Below are positions 62,771-64,000 of a DNA stretch of 64,000 nt, in pieces (positions within the stretch are counted from its first letter, which is position 1; every line of letters starts with the position of its first letter). The position numbers were made by a program, and so were the translations under genes. The notes beneath the pieces were generated by a model, which was not told the DNA's origin, did no database searches, and worked only from the letters and a program-made list of their open reading frames with translations. This stretch comes from Callorhinchus milii. Lineage: Eukaryota. The stretch lies in NCBI RefSeq assembly GCF_018977255.1, contig NW_024704742.1, positions 134,046,001 through 134,110,000 of the forward strand. The letters run 5' to 3'.

Positions 62771-63400
62771 GGAGTCCTGTAGCTCAGTGGTTAGAGCGCT
62801 CACCTCGCAAGCAAGAGACCTGGGTTTGATTCCCGGCAGGACGAAACCTTGGGCAAGTTTCCTTACTCCACACACCTTGTAATAATCCCTCAAGAAAAGA
62901 AATAATAAAATTGTTCACTTCAATCCACGACTGTTTGTGGGATACTACTGTGCGCAATTTGCTGCCACGTTTCACCCACAAATATACAGTCAATTTGCTT
63001 TACAGTATATTCTGTGAAGCGCTTTAGGATGTCTAGAAGACGTGAAAAGTGCTATTTCAAATACAACGATTATTATTATTATAATAATAATAATAATCCT
63101 TGCATTTGATATAGCGCTTTTCACGTCGGGAGGACATCCCAAAGCGCTTCACAAAACAACTGTAAAGTGAATTGACTGTATATTTGTGGGCAAACGTGGC
63201 AGCCAATTGCGCACAGCAATGTCCCACAAACAGTCGTAGATTGAAAATGACCAATTTATTATTGTTTTGTTTTTCGAGGGATTATTATTAGGCTCTGTGT
63301 GGAGTAAGGAAACTTGCCCAAGGTTTCACCCTCTGCCTGGAATTGAACCCAGGTGTCTCACTTGCAAAACGAGTGCTCTAACCACTGAGCTACAGGACTC
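62771..63400. mobile_element. Tail-to-tail pair of full-length tRNA-Ala SINEs
   Basis: Plus copy at 62771-63081 and minus copy at 63082-63400, fused at their (TTA)n/(TAA)n tails. Confidence 0.9.
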
Positions 63401-64000
63401 AGCCTACTCCTGTTTCTATGTCTATATCTATATATCTATGTTCGATTCCTGGGCAGGGAGACACATTGGGCAAGCTTCTTTACTCCACACACCTCTGCTT
63501 ACCTAGCAGTAAGTAGGAACCCAGTTGTTAGTTGATTAATGGATTGCTTTTCTGGGAGTAATAATCCTTTCAAAAAATGAATTTATAAAAATATGAATTT
63601 TGTCACTCAATCCATGAATGTTTGTGGGACACTGTTGTGCGCAATTGGCCACCGTGTATGCAGTCAATCCACTTTACGGTATATTCTGTGAAGGCTTTGC
63701 AATGTCTCGAAGACGTGATAAGGCGCTATATCAAACGCAAAGATTATCATTATTATAAATTGAGCAATGTGACCTCTCAGTCGGGGAAAGGGGGAGATGA
63801 AATGGGACTAATTCATCTGAATCCTTGAGGCAGAAGGAGCTGAGCCGAGCCTTTGATAGTGCAATCTTGTTGACATTCTACTGCAAGTAGTCCCAAGCTT
63901 TAAATGGATAAACCATTCATTGTGGCGTCTATTTAATCATTCAAATAGACCAAGCCATTCCGCCCCCCCAAACCCCCCACCTCCAGCCCCTTCCACTTTC

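Noticed and set aside
55700..64000. Expected next syntenic gene (GRP in human)
   Set aside because: No exon with a bombesin/GRP-like sequence was recognised; it probably lies beyond the window.
1..64000. CRISPR-like or prokaryotic defence arrays
   Set aside because: The repeats are dispersed eukaryotic retroposons; there is no regular repeat-spacer periodicity or operon structure.

Overview
Vertebrate genomic DNA, most likely a cartilaginous fish. A holocephalan such as Callorhinchus is plausible from the DeuSINE/CR1/L2 repeat content and compact introns, but the species is inference only. Three spliced genes lie on the + strand in the same order and orientation as at human 18q21: the last six coding exons of LMAN1/ERGIC-53 (ending KKFF*), a complete 3-exon CPLX4 (160 aa, CAAX CSLM), and a complete 3-exon RAX/Rx homeobox gene (311 aa; octapeptide, homeodomain, Rx and OAR motifs). 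All coding splice junctions are GT-AG and phase-consistent. Introns and intergenic DNA are dense in a young tRNA-Ala-headed SINE, an older DeuSINE, CR1 and L2 LINE fragments, and several DNA-transposon relics (mariner, hAT and Tigger-type MITEs). Almost all remaining ORFs in the track are repeat-derived noise. I found no new protein-coding system. The most interesting signals are non-coding: (1) a Penelope-type minimal hammerhead ribozyme; (2) an internal SINE hairpin that coincides with recurrent truncation and rearrangement breakpoints; (3) an L2 tail forming the RAX exon 3 acceptor region; (4) a local duplication of the RAX exon 1 donor; (5) a mariner derivative in the probable LMAN1 3'UTR; (6) several candidate retinal enhancers.
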